A stretch of 64,000 bases of DNA. Origin: Prasinococcaceae sp. CCMP 1430 (taxonomy: Eukaryota > Plantae > Prasinodermophyta). The DNA lies in assembly GCA_013416795.1 (NCBI GenBank), contig RQSC01000025.1, positions 346,858 through 410,857 of the forward strand, written 5' to 3'. The notes beneath the pieces are model-generated. The model was not told the DNA's origin, made no database searches, and saw only the letters and a list, made by a program, of their open reading frames with translations. The position numbers were made by a program, and so were the translations under genes. Of this stretch, positions 1 to 9,307 are shown piece by piece. Numbering within the stretch: the stretch's first letter is position 1; each line of letters opens with the position of its first letter.

Positions 1-2959
1 GCGGTACTGCACTATCGCTCTCGGCTGCTGGGGATGGCGCTGCCCCCGCTGGGGCTACCACGGTTTCAGCACCAATCGCACCGGTGTCGACTTTGCCGCC
101 ACCAGCGGCGCGGCCTGCCACACGTTGGCGCCGCCGCTCGCCATCGCGGACGCGGCGTTTGGGCCCGCCGAAGAAACCCGTTTTGATCACACCGGCTTCC
201 TTGTCATCATTTGCAGCAGATGGTGCCGCTGCCCGTGCGGCGGAAGCCGCCTTCACCTTGGGCTTGCCCGAGAGAGAGTCCTGAGCGAGCTCGCTCGCTT
301 CCTTTGCTGGCGCCGCGCCCCCGGCAGGGGTGGCAGCGGCGCTGCTTGCGCTGGCCTGTTCTGCCAATGCCGGGAGTCCCGCAGGCTTTACGGCCTTCGT
401 CGCTCTCGCTGTCAGAGCCGCGGCTGCGGCGGGCTTGGCGAGCCCGCTCTTGCGCCATGGCCTGCGCGTGATGGCGCTCTCCATGTCGAGCAGCGCCTCG
501 TAGCCCATCTGATCCCAGCAGCCTCCACGTGGTGGGTGGAGCCCGCCGCCCGGTCCGCGCGCGCGATCGACGCTCAGCACAAATACTTGGCGGGCGGCAG
601 CTTCAAGGTGCACGTCGGCGAGACCCGAGCCCTCCTCTGGCACGCCGTCCGTCTTCTCGTTTCGGCTATTCCACTTGCCCTGCACGGTTGCGCCTTGCTG
701 CAAGATTGTCCACACCGCAATGAGCGCGCCGTCCTTGCGCGCGAGGTGATTGAAGTCGTTGCCTGGCATGGTGTCGATGATTGTAGCCACGCGCCGCATG
801 CCGCGGTACTTTAGACGAGACGATGAGCTGAGGATGAGCCCCCCCAGTGGCACGGCAGACGTGTCCACATCGAGCATGTCCGCCACGAGTCCCTCACATG
901 ATACTGCCAGCCGCGCGTAGATGCGCTCCACGGTGGACACCACGCTGGGAGTCGCCCATTCGCAGAACGGGCGCAGCAAGTCGTGCACCCCCGAAGCGTG
1001 GAGGGCGCGTGCGGCGCTCGGGATGTTGGCCGCCGCAAGCACGGCACTCAGGGCAAATTCTATGACGGTCGTACCCTCTGAATGAGTGAAATCAGGCGTG
1101 CCATCCCTAGTGATGGATGCAATGTAGTCGCCCGAGCGATTATCCTCGTAGTCAGCTGCGTACTTGCGCTGCTCGTACGCCTTGGGCTTCTGGTCGAGCC
1201 CGAGCACCACAGTGGACTTGCGCGGCGACCGCAACTCGACGGCCGTCACGGCCGCGAGCAAGCCCGGAAGCAAATCGCCAATCACGGTCTTGCTCTGGCC
1301 CATCATGTTGGAGCGGCGGTCGAAGGCGTCAGCGCGCACCAGTGCCGGGTCGCGCATGAGCGTGGCCAGCGCAGCCATGCACGTGCGGCGCAGCGCCACC
1401 AGCCGCGGGTTGTAGATGCGCTCGCTCTCGCGCAGCATATACTTCACGATGCCTTCCTCGCTCTCGGCGTTCGCCAGGCTCGTGGGAACATCCTCGCCCT
1501 CGTGAAGCTTTGCGTCGCGCAGTAGCTCGCACCGCGAATAGCAGTGCAGCAGTGCCTTGAGAGGCTCGCAGCCGCACGCAGCAAGCGCGGCGCGGCTGGC
1601 CGAGTCCTCGCCAAAGCGGCGCAGCATTGTGGCGGCCGCCTCTGCGGCAGCGACGCTCGTGCGCGAGAGCGCCTCCGAGCTAAGTAAGGTGCGGCAGGCG
1701 AGCACGCACGGGCCGCCGGTGCCCTCCTCGCCGGGTTCGGCACGCTCGGCGTATGCGCCGCAGCGCTGCGCGGGGTCGCGCGAGCCCCATGCGAGCAATG
1801 CCGCCAGCGACGCATTCGCACCGGCGCTCATGCCCGACGAGAACGCGCGGCGGGCGAGGATGCCCGGCAGAGTGCTGGGCCACGACGTCTCCGACGTGGC
1901 GGCGGCGGCGCCAGTCCTGGCCTTCGCCTGCGATCCATCCTTGTTCGCGCCCTCTTCGTAGCCCACTCCTCCGCCGGCTTTGACAACAGCCTCGACCCTG
2001 CGCGTCTCCACCTCGATGTACTGCAGCGCAGCCTGGTAGCCACGGCACGCGGCGAAGTACCTGCGCGCGACGGTCGAGCACACGAGCACCTCGTGGAGCT
2101 GCTCGAGTGCATCGGCTGGCGACAAGGATTCGACGTCAGCGTCCCCCCCAATGTCCTCGCAGTTGTCGTCGTCGTCCAGGAGCACGCCGACGAGCGCCTC
2201 GACCAAAAGCGCGGGCTCAGGCGACACGAGGCGGTTGCGGCGGCGCTGCGGCGTGCCATGTGCTTTGCGGGCGGCGGCCGCACGCGCGCGCAGGTCGGCG
2301 GCGCCCTCGGCCTCGAGGCGCGCGGCGGTCGCGCGGCGGTGCAGCGCGAGCACGGCCGCGTCGTTCGGCGTGAGAGCCTTGGCCTTGGCGCACCACTCGA
2401 GCGCCAGCTCGTACAGACCGAGCCCGAAAGCCGCCGCACCCGCACGGTAGTGCGCCTTGACGCTCCCCGGATCGAGCGCAGCAGCGTCGATGCAGTCATT
2501 GAGCGCATCGCGGAAGCGCCCCAGGCGTAGGTGTGCCTGCGCGCGGTTGCAGCGCAGCACACATCGTCGACCGCACTGCGTCCCCGCAGACTCCTTTCCA
2601 GGCGAGGCGCCAGACCCCGTGACCTTCTCGAGCGCGTCCACCGCAACGGTGTAGTGCCTGGTCGCCTCCTCGTACCTCCCCTTGCGAAACGCGTCGTTGC
2701 CGCGCTGGCGCTCGACCTCCGCGCGCTCCTCCGGATCGGCGATGGACGTCCACGCGTCATGGTCGCGGCCGGCAGGCGCCGCAGGTGCGCGCCTCGCGCT
2801 GAAGTGCCGCTTGCGCGCGCCCGCTCCGAGCACCGAGCCATCCGCGCCGAGCGCCACGCCCACCGACCCCAGCACCACCTCATCGTCGTCCTCCAGCCCC
2901 GGCATTCCCACGCGCGCATTTCCCTCGTCGTCTGGTGGTAGCTCCTCGAGCACTACCAT
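1..2959 (-). CDS. Large TPR-repeat protein with a long helical (ARM-like) C-terminal region; 3' end runs off the window
   Basis: ATG at 2959 (MVVLEELPPDDEGNARVGMPG...) opens a frame I read without a stop to base 1; it is absent from the ORF track because no stop lies in the window. TPR-like segments: ERQRGNDAFRKGRYEEATRHYTVAV, LRCNRAQAHLRLGRFRDALNDCIDAAALDP, VKAHYRAGAAAFGLGLYELALEWC. The ARM-like assignment of the remainder is inference. Confidence 0.8.
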   Translation of the reverse strand, partial: MVVLEELPPDDEGNARVGMPGLEDDDEVVLGSVGVALGADGSVLGAGARKRHFSARRAPAAPAGRDHDAWTSIADPEERAEVERQRGNDAFRKGRYEEATRHYTVAVDALEKVTGSGASPGKESAGTQCGRRCVLRCNRAQAHLRLGRFRDALNDCIDAAALDPGSVKAHYRAGAAAFGLGLYELALEWCAKAKALTPNDAAVLALHRRATAARLEAEGAADLRARAAAARKAHGTPQRRRNRLVSPEPALLVEALVGVLLDDDDNCEDIGGDADVESLSPADALEQLHEVLVCSTVARRYFAACRGYQAALQYIEVETRRVEAVVKAGGGVGYEEGANKDGSQAKARTGAAAATSETSWPSTLPGILARRAFSSGMSAGANASLAALLAWGSRDPAQRCGAYAERAEPGEEGTGGPCVLACRTLLSSEALSRTSVAAAEAAATMLRRFGEDSASRAALAACGCEPLKALLHCYSRCELLRDAKLHEGEDVPTSLANAESEEGIVKYMLRESERIYNPRLVALRRTCMAALATLMRDPALVRADAFDRRSNMMGQSKTVIGDLLPGLLAAVTAVELRSPRKSTVVLGLDQKPKAYEQRKYAADYEDNRSGDYIASITRDGTPDFTHSEGTTVIEFALSAVLAAANIPSAARALHASGVHDLLRPFCEWATPSVVSTVERIYARLAVSCEGLVADMLDVDTSAVPLGGLILSSSSRLKYRGMRRVATIIDTMPGNDFNHLARKDGALIAVWTILQQGATVQGKWNSRNEKTDGVPEEGSGLADVHLEAAARQVFVLSVDRARGPGGGLHPPRGGCWDQMGYEALLDMESAITRRPWRKSGLAKPAAAAALTARATKAVKPAGLPALAEQASASSAAATPAGGAAPAKEASELAQDSLSGKPKVKAASAARAAAPSAANDDKEAGVIKTGFFGGPKRRVRDGERRRQRVAGRAAGGGKVDTGAIGAETVVAPAGAAPSPAAESDSAVP

Positions 2960-3147
2960 GGCGCGGCCTCGCCAAGGACGACTACTGCCGCCGCCGCCGG
3001 GGCGCCGCCGCCGCGGGGAGCGGAGTGCCCGCGGCGCGCGCACGTCCGGGGGGGGGCGGCGCGCCACTTCGATATTCCGGCGGTGCGCCGCTTCGGCAGC
3101 CGCGCGCGCGCGCCGCGGGGGAACGGAGCGCAACGCCAACGCGTCGC

Positions 3148-3224
3148 CATCAAAACGCATCCGGTCTCATCAAAACGCATCCGTTCGACCCGGCGGCGTC
3201 GCCCGTCGCCCGTCGCCCGTCGCC
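3148..3224. repeat. 16-bp direct repeat (CATCAAAACGCATCCG x2, period 20) followed by (CGTCGCC)4 in a divergent promoter region
   Basis: Copies at 3148-3163 and 3168-3183; heptamer tandem at 3197-3224, read directly. Confidence 0.85.
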
Positions 3225-3857
3225 CGTCCCGGCAGAGCCGCGGCCGCGCCCCCGGCTGGCAGCTGCTCCGGCCGCCGGCGGACGTGTTTGGGTTGTGTTT
3301 GGGATTAAAATCAGGGTAAACAATCCGCGCAACGCAACTTCAGCTGGGTGTGATTGGGGGGGCGGTCAGAACAAAGGCGACGCGCGGGTTGGTTCCCTCG
3401 GGCGAGGAGCGCCAAATGTGAAATGAATGGTGGTTGATGGGTAGTCGGGGGAGGAAAAAGAACAAGAAAATATCGCGCGAGCGCTCGGGGTGCGTTGCGC
3501 GCATCGGGAGCGAGCGTTCCCCGGATGCGTATTCGGAGGCGTTCCGCGCGGGGGAACCGCGGTTCGTAGATCAAAGCGGTGATGAAATGGCCACTCGTTG
3601 GCGATGCGTCGCTCCGTGAATTTGGCGGGGCGACAACGTCGTCCAACCGCCTGCGGCGGGCGGCGGTTGGCGGACGCGCGGGGGCGCGCCACACGCCGCT
3701 CGTGCCCCCCACGTTGCGATCCGAGCGCGCCTCACCTCCCTCCTCCTTCTGCGATCACATGCTCGCGGCCTCCTCGCGCGTTGCAACGGCCGCCTCGCGC
3801 GTCTCTCTCCGCGCGTGCCCGAGAGCACGTCCCGCGCGCGCCGCGCGAAGCCGCAGC

Positions 3858-4301
3858 ATGGGGGGCTTCATGTCGCGTCTCAGGGCGTTCGCGTCCGTCT
3901 CGCCAGAGGATGACGTCGCCGCCGTGAAGGAGTGCATCAAGGGCTTCTGGGGCCAGGCGGATCTCCGCAAGGAAGAGCGCGACAAGTACGCGCTCGACGA
4001 CTGCATGCTGATCCGCCCGACGGGCAATCCGATGACGATGGCGCTGATGGACGGCATGCTCGACAGCACGGACATCAGCGTCGAGCTGCAGGAGGTCACC
4101 GAATTCCATCACGTGGATGTCAGCGGCGACCGCGCGTTCACCTGCTTCAGCCAGCACGCCAAGTTCAGCTTCAAGGGCACGCCCAACGACGACCTGGCCG
4201 TGTTCACAGCCTATCTCCACCGCACGCCTGCGGGATGGCGCGTCGCGTATGCGCAGCGCTCCTCCGGCCGCGCTCCGACCGACGACAAGCCCTCGTTCTG
4301 A
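3858..4301 (+). CDS. DUF3804-like (NTF2/SnoaL-fold) protein, 147 aa
   Basis: MGGFMSRLRAF...DDCMLIRPTGNPM...KFSFKGTPNDDLAVFTAYL...GWRVAYAQRSSG matches, from memory of the family, the IRPSGNP / F.YKG..N.D / W...QRS pattern of DUF3804 proteins. Codon usage is strongly C/G-ending and gene-like. Confidence 0.75.
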   Translation: MGGFMSRLRAFASVSPEDDVAAVKECIKGFWGQADLRKEERDKYALDDCMLIRPTGNPMTMALMDGMLDSTDISVELQEVTEFHHVDVSGDRAFTCFSQHAKFSFKGTPNDDLAVFTAYLHRTPAGWRVAYAQRSSGRAPTDDKPSF

Positions 4302-4516
4302 GCGAGGCGCGCTGTCTCAGTGTTTCACACCGCGCTGCTCGCTTCATATGGCCAACCCCATGGGACTCGATAAGACACAATCCGTTCTTGCGCTGCCCCA
4401 GACCCGCCGCGTGCGAGGCGAATTCGACAGCAGCTGTCACATCAGTGCCAGGCGAGGGGACGGACGTCACTGCTCCGCGCGCCCCTGAGTACACCCACCG
4501 TTTGTCGTCTTGAAAA

Positions 4517-6136
4517 ATGCGCCACGTGGGAACGCAGGCGGTGCGGGCAATGAGTGCCACTTGCGTGCGCGCGACGGATGACGCGCGGGGATGGCAGGCA
4601 TGGATGGGGCGAAGTCAGGAGCGCGCGCGCGCGAAAGATGGCAGCGTCCCCGCGCCACACCTCGTCGCGTGGAAGCCGCAGGCGAAGATGCCGATGCCAT
4701 CCTCGGCAGCGCGCCCTTCAGGTGGCGCTGGCGCCCACACTGCACTCACCCTCACCTACTACCGTATGCACCCGCACGCCGCCGGTGGCTGCCGCAGCCG
4801 CAGCACCAGCGTGGAGCTCACGCCGCGCGCGTTTGAGCTCGTCGACATTGCGCTTGAGGCGTACGTGTCTTTGCGCGTTGATCATTTGATGCGGGCGACC
4901 GGTCACCATAATCAGCAGGAGGAGGCATGCGCAGTGGCGCATCCCGAAGGCGCTTCTACGGGCGGAGTGGCTGGATGCGCAATCGCCGAGGCTGAGGGTG
5001 ATTGTAGGCTCGCCGAACGTCTTGCAGAACGTGATTCGACGGGCAGCAGCGAAAGCAGTCGAGCACCAAGCATGTCTGCTCTCGCCGAGCGTGGCGTGAG
5101 CGTTGTGCACGCACAGCATCCTAATTCGACAGCGGCCGACGCTGCGGGCTCGAGCACGTGGCCGAGCTCCAGCGACGGCGCAGCCGTGGCGCCACCTGCG
5201 CTGCCAATGCGCCGCGAGCACAGCGCCGCCTCGTCGCTTGGCTCCTCAACCGGCTCCAACATCGTCGCCTCGTGCCCGCCACGTGATGTGAGGAGCTCGC
5301 GCGGCTGGCCACCGGCCGGTTGGCCTGCAGGAGAGCGAGATGTGCCCGTCGACGCCAGAATGGCGCCATCGCCATGCGAGGCGTCGTCTGAATCGTCGTG
5401 GGCGATAGTGGATGACGCAGCGGAGGCAGCAGGGCGTGCAAGCGACAACGATTTGAGGAGCGGGCGGGGCTTTGCCGTGGGCGCCTCCGATGCTGTACAA
5501 TTTTTTGAGTTGCCCGACGCCCGGCCACTCGACGCCGACTTCGAGGAGCTCCCTGAGGACTGCGCCAGCGTCCTGAGCACAGCGCTTGCGCGCCCCGCCG
5601 TTTTTAGCAGCATCCCGAGCTCCTCGAGCGAGAGCGCCGGAGCAAGCACGCGCGAGAGCACCAACTGCAGAGTGCATGCAGGCACGGCGAGATCAGACAC
5701 GAGCAGTGGAGCCGCCAGCAGTGATGGCGGGGCCGAGGAGCTCATGGAGGCAATCGAGGCTGCAATCATGACCGTACCGTCCTCGCAGCCGCAGAGCCGA
5801 GCGGCTCCAATAGGCACTCAGATGTCGACGGCGGCCGCCTCGTCCTCCGGAACGACGACGCCGATCGAACCGAACATGATTGACAACGCTCATAGCTTTC
5901 TTTCACACGTACTCGGTGCTATGTCGGGCGGCCTGCGTCGCGTGCGCGACAGCTGCCTCCGCAGGGTACTATTTCAAGAGGCTACCGATGGCTCGGTCCA
6001 CCTGCGCAACAGCGCCATGGCACTGATCATCGCGGTGGCCATAATCTCTTTCACGCGCAGCTCAAGCTCACCCGCAGGGCGCACTTTGCTGAAGGCGAGG
6101 GTCTTGCGGCGCGAACAGCGGCGCTCGCAAAACTAG
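4517..6136 (+). CDS. Hypothetical Ser/Ala-rich, largely disordered protein with a C-terminal hydrophobic segment; start codon uncertain
   Basis: 539-codon open frame that converges on VTA1. Hydrophobic stretch SAMALIIAVAIISFT (about 6011-6055) is followed by a basic tail. No recognised domain. Confidence 0.55.
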   Translation: MRHVGTQAVRAMSATCVRATDDARGWQAWMGRSQERARAKDGSVPAPHLVAWKPQAKMPMPSSAARPSGGAGAHTALTLTYYRMHPHAAGGCRSRSTSVELTPRAFELVDIALEAYVSLRVDHLMRATGHHNQQEEACAVAHPEGASTGGVAGCAIAEAEGDCRLAERLAERDSTGSSESSRAPSMSALAERGVSVVHAQHPNSTAADAAGSSTWPSSSDGAAVAPPALPMRREHSAASSLGSSTGSNIVASCPPRDVRSSRGWPPAGWPAGERDVPVDARMAPSPCEASSESSWAIVDDAAEAAGRASDNDLRSGRGFAVGASDAVQFFELPDARPLDADFEELPEDCASVLSTALARPAVFSSIPSSSSESAGASTRESTNCRVHAGTARSDTSSGAASSDGGAEELMEAIEAAIMTVPSSQPQSRAAPIGTQMSTAAASSSGTTTPIEPNMIDNAHSFLSHVLGAMSGGLRRVRDSCLRRVLFQEATDGSVHLRNSAMALIIAVAIISFTRSSSSPAGRTLLKARVLRREQRRSQN

Positions 6137-6256
6137 TGGTAGCCACCCGCGCAGACCCAAACCACGTGCCACGGATGGAGGTTGCACACGATCGTATACA
6201 TGGGGTTAACGTACAGCGGCAGGACAGGCTCTGCAGCGCCCGCCGCTCAACGCGCT

Positions 6257-7397
6257 TTAGGACGGGCGCGTGAGCAGAGCTAGTGCGGCATGCAGCGACT
6301 CGACAGCACTCTCCACGTCGTCGAATCCCAGCGCGCTCACTGCCACGCGGCACGCCTTCTGTGCGTCATCGACTGCCTTGCGGCTGGGCGCAAAGCCGGG
6401 CACGGCGGTGGGTGGCGCCGCCGGCGCAGTGGCCGCCTGCGCAGGCAGGGGTGTGTGGGAAGGGGCGGGTGCGGGTGGTGGCTGCATCGGCGGTGCTGAT
6501 GGCACAACTGGGGGCGGATACGCGGCTGCGGGCGGAATGGAAGGGGGCGCCGCTGGCGGGGCTGGCTGGCTCGGCACTGCGGGGGGGGGCGGGGGCTGGG
6601 GCAACGGCGCTCCGCCCGCCGCGGCTTCAGGCGAGGGCAGTGGCGCCGTGTCGTCCACCACCGACAGGTCTCCCAGGGATGGCAAATCTGGCAGCGCATC
6701 GCCGGGGTCTTGAGCAGCCCCGTCCGCCACCGCGCCCGCAGTGAGGGCGTCCTCTGCATCGTCGGCCAGCGGGACCACTCCTCCGGGCATTGGCTGGCGG
6801 CCCTCCCGAAGCGCGGCCTGAATGTCCGCCGCCTTCCAAGCAGCGTATTTCATCTTCTCTTGGATGTCCTCGCGCAGATCGCCGAAGTGCAGGAGCACCT
6901 CGAAGAAGCGCGCTGCTGCGACGAAGGCCTTGGCCGTCGTGAGCGTCGCCTTGCCCGCGAGGTCGACCTTAGCGGCGCGGCCGAAGACGGCCAGCGCAAA
7001 CCCCTCGCAGTGGAGCGCGTCCTCGTCGCGAGTGCCGAACTTGTTTGCAGCCGTCAACGCCGCCTGACGTGCGAGCGTGACGCGTGCGCGCGCGCGTGCA
7101 CACGTCAGCACGCCAGCACAGCGCTCGCGCTCGTGGGAGGTCCGCTCGCAGTGGGGCGTAGCGTAACCACCTCCTGCGAGGCAGAGCGAAGAGGGGGTCT
7201 CCGCCGCGCACCTTGTCCTTCTCAAGCTGGTTCAGCACGGAAAGGAGCATGCCTCTATCCGCGCCGGAGCCCATGCCGAGATCCATCGCGTACATGCGGC
7301 AGTAGTACGCGACCAGCGGGTCGACCTTGGCGATCTCCTCTGCGCGCTTCAGGAACGGCACGATCGCCTTGGTCGCCTCATCCATCGGCGCCGCCAT
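6257..7397 (-). CDS. VTA1: ESCRT-associated Vps4 activator VTA1/LIP5; exons 7397-7212 and 7063-6257
   Basis: MAAPMDEATKAIVPFLKRAEEIAKVDPLVAYYCRMYAM (MIT domain), phase-0 GT-AG intron, then EKMKYAAWKAADIQAALREGRQP, a Pro-rich linker and a C-terminal VSL motif AQKACRVAVSALGFDDVESAVESLHAALALL. Confidence 0.92.
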
Positions 7398-8111
7398 AGC
7401 TCGCTGACGCGCGCCCGCGCGCGCGCCGGAGCCCCGTGGGTGGGTGTGGGGGGGTGAGGGATGGCGCGGCGATTGTCGCCGCTTCTTCGCTGCCCTCTCT
7501 CCCCCTCCCCTTCGACCCTCCCCTCGCGGGGACGCGCCCTCGGCCGCCGCCGCGACCGCGCGGCAGCGCGCGAGCGCGCGCGCGCGCTGTGGCGCGCGCG
7601 GCGCGCCGCGCCTCCCTCGCTGCCGGGACGCGCGCCACCTGGAAGCGCCGGCAGGCTTGACTGCACAGGGCGCGAGGTTACGGTTCACTTTAGGGTTATT
7701 TGTGTAGGGTTCCATCAATTTTTGACCCGTCGAAGGTTACAGTTCGTTCGTTGGTTCGTTCCCCGGCGTTGGGCCGTTGGGATGTGGATGCGATGCGGTG
7801 CGGTGCGATGCGATGCGTTGACGGTGGAGATCGGCCGCGCGCGCGAGGGAGAGCGCAGCGCGCGCCCTGTGGGGGCGGTGGCCACACGGCGCGCGCCCGG
7901 CGCGGGGAAGCACCCCCTTCCACCCAGCCTGTGCCGGTGCGCGCGATGGCCTCGGCGGAACATGGCGGTGCGACCGACGAACAGCTCGTTAATGTGAAAA
8001 AAAAAGAGAAAAAGGTTCGACGTCCCACCGAATGAAAAGGGGGGGGCAGGCGGGCGGGCGCAGCCGCCGCGCGCTGTGGCGCGCGCGCGCGCTCGATTTC
8101 GCCCCTCTTCC

Positions 8112-8127
8112 GAGGAAATATTTCCTC
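8112..8127. promoter_or_regulatory. Perfect 16-bp palindrome GAGGAAATATTTCCTC in an AT-rich island between divergent VTA1 and ATG11
   Basis: The sequence is its own reverse complement; flanking TCTTCC / GGAAGA extend the stem with a 2-nt bulge. A regulatory role is inference. Confidence 0.45.
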
Positions 8128-9307
8128 TGGGAAGACTCTTTCAATATCTAATCCGCTAAATAGTATCTTCTACACATACGAAGCATATGTCGTTTCATCG
8201 GTACGCAACAATTCATCACCGTCAATTAATGCACCCTTTCCGCGGTCGGAGCGCGCGCACCCTAGGCAGCTACTGCAGGGAGCTCGATCGATCGAGACAG
8301 AGGGCTCTTGAGCCGAGCCACGTCCCCTCCCTCCCTGCCGCGCGCGCGCGGCGCGGCGGAAAAGAAAAAAAAAACGAGGGCGGATTTGATGGACGATGCG
8401 CTGCAGCGGGCGGGCGCCCCGTCGCCGTCGCCGTCGCGTCGCCACACCCGCCCGGGGCCGGCCCCGGCCTTTCTTCCGTCGTCGATCGCTGTGTTTCGCC
8501 CCATTTCGATCCGGATCTCTCCGTGGATGGGTCGTTCCCCGGCTTGGTTGGTCGGTGGGTCGCCCCGGTCCCGATTAGAAAAAAGGGGCGCGGGCCGGGC
8601 GCGCCGCGCGCCGCGCGCGGATCTGAAACGCCCGCCTTCCCTGGCGCGGCCGCGGAGGGACGGGGGCGCGCCAAAAGGCGCGCTTTCCTCCGAGATGGCC
8701 AGGTTGGAGAGGGCCTGATATTCGGCAACGATGCGCGCACGCGCGAGCGCGGGCGCGGCGCAGGGGGCGCGGGGGGCGGGCGGGCGTGCGGAGGGAGGGG
8801 GCAGGCGGGAGAGAGGAGGAGAGGGCGAGGCGGCGCGAAGGCGCGCCCGGTGCGCCGAGGGTAGGCCAAGCGCGGGGGTGAGAGGCGGCGGGCGGAGGAG
8901 AGGGGGCGTGCCTCGAGCGGGCGCCTCGTCGCCCGCCCCCCTCACCACCCCCTACCTGCGGCGGCGGTTTTTCCGTGCGCTCGCCGCGCGCGCGTGGCAG
9001 CTTCCGACCTGCGCGCGCGCGCGCGCGCGGTGCGGGCTTCCTCTCCCCGCCCCGCCCCCCCCCCTCTCTCTCGTACGCGCAAAGGACGCGGCACACCCGC
9101 TGCGCGGCGACGAGGCGCTCGGACCTCAGGGGGTCGTGGGCTGAGGCAGGCTGAAAGTCCCGGCACCCACTCGCTCCAGAAGGGACACTCCAACCCCACA
9201 CGGGTGGGCACAGGGAGGGCGGGGGAAGGGGGCCGAAGGGCAGAGCTGTGCACGTGCGGGGCGAGGGGTGCTTGCGTTGACCTTCGCCTCAAGCGTACGG
9301 CGCCGGG

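Noticed and set aside
3148-3224. Short direct repeats as a mini CRISPR array
   Set aside because: Only two 16-bp copies with a 4-bp spacer, eukaryotic context, and no cas genes.
7064-7211. Possibility that introns are Introner-like repeats, as in some prasinophytes
   Set aside because: Introns compared by eye (VTA1, NADK, TLC, HDAC) share only GTGCG donors, GCTGAC-like branch sites and GC runs, with no extended similarity.
7689-7700. TTTAGGG-like telomeric words (also near 23082 and 50800)
   Set aside because: Single isolated copies, not arrays.
8170-8230. Minus-strand GTGATGA box C-like word and CGATGAAAC hammerhead-like word in the AT island
   Set aside because: No box D at a suitable distance and no hammerhead three-stem core.
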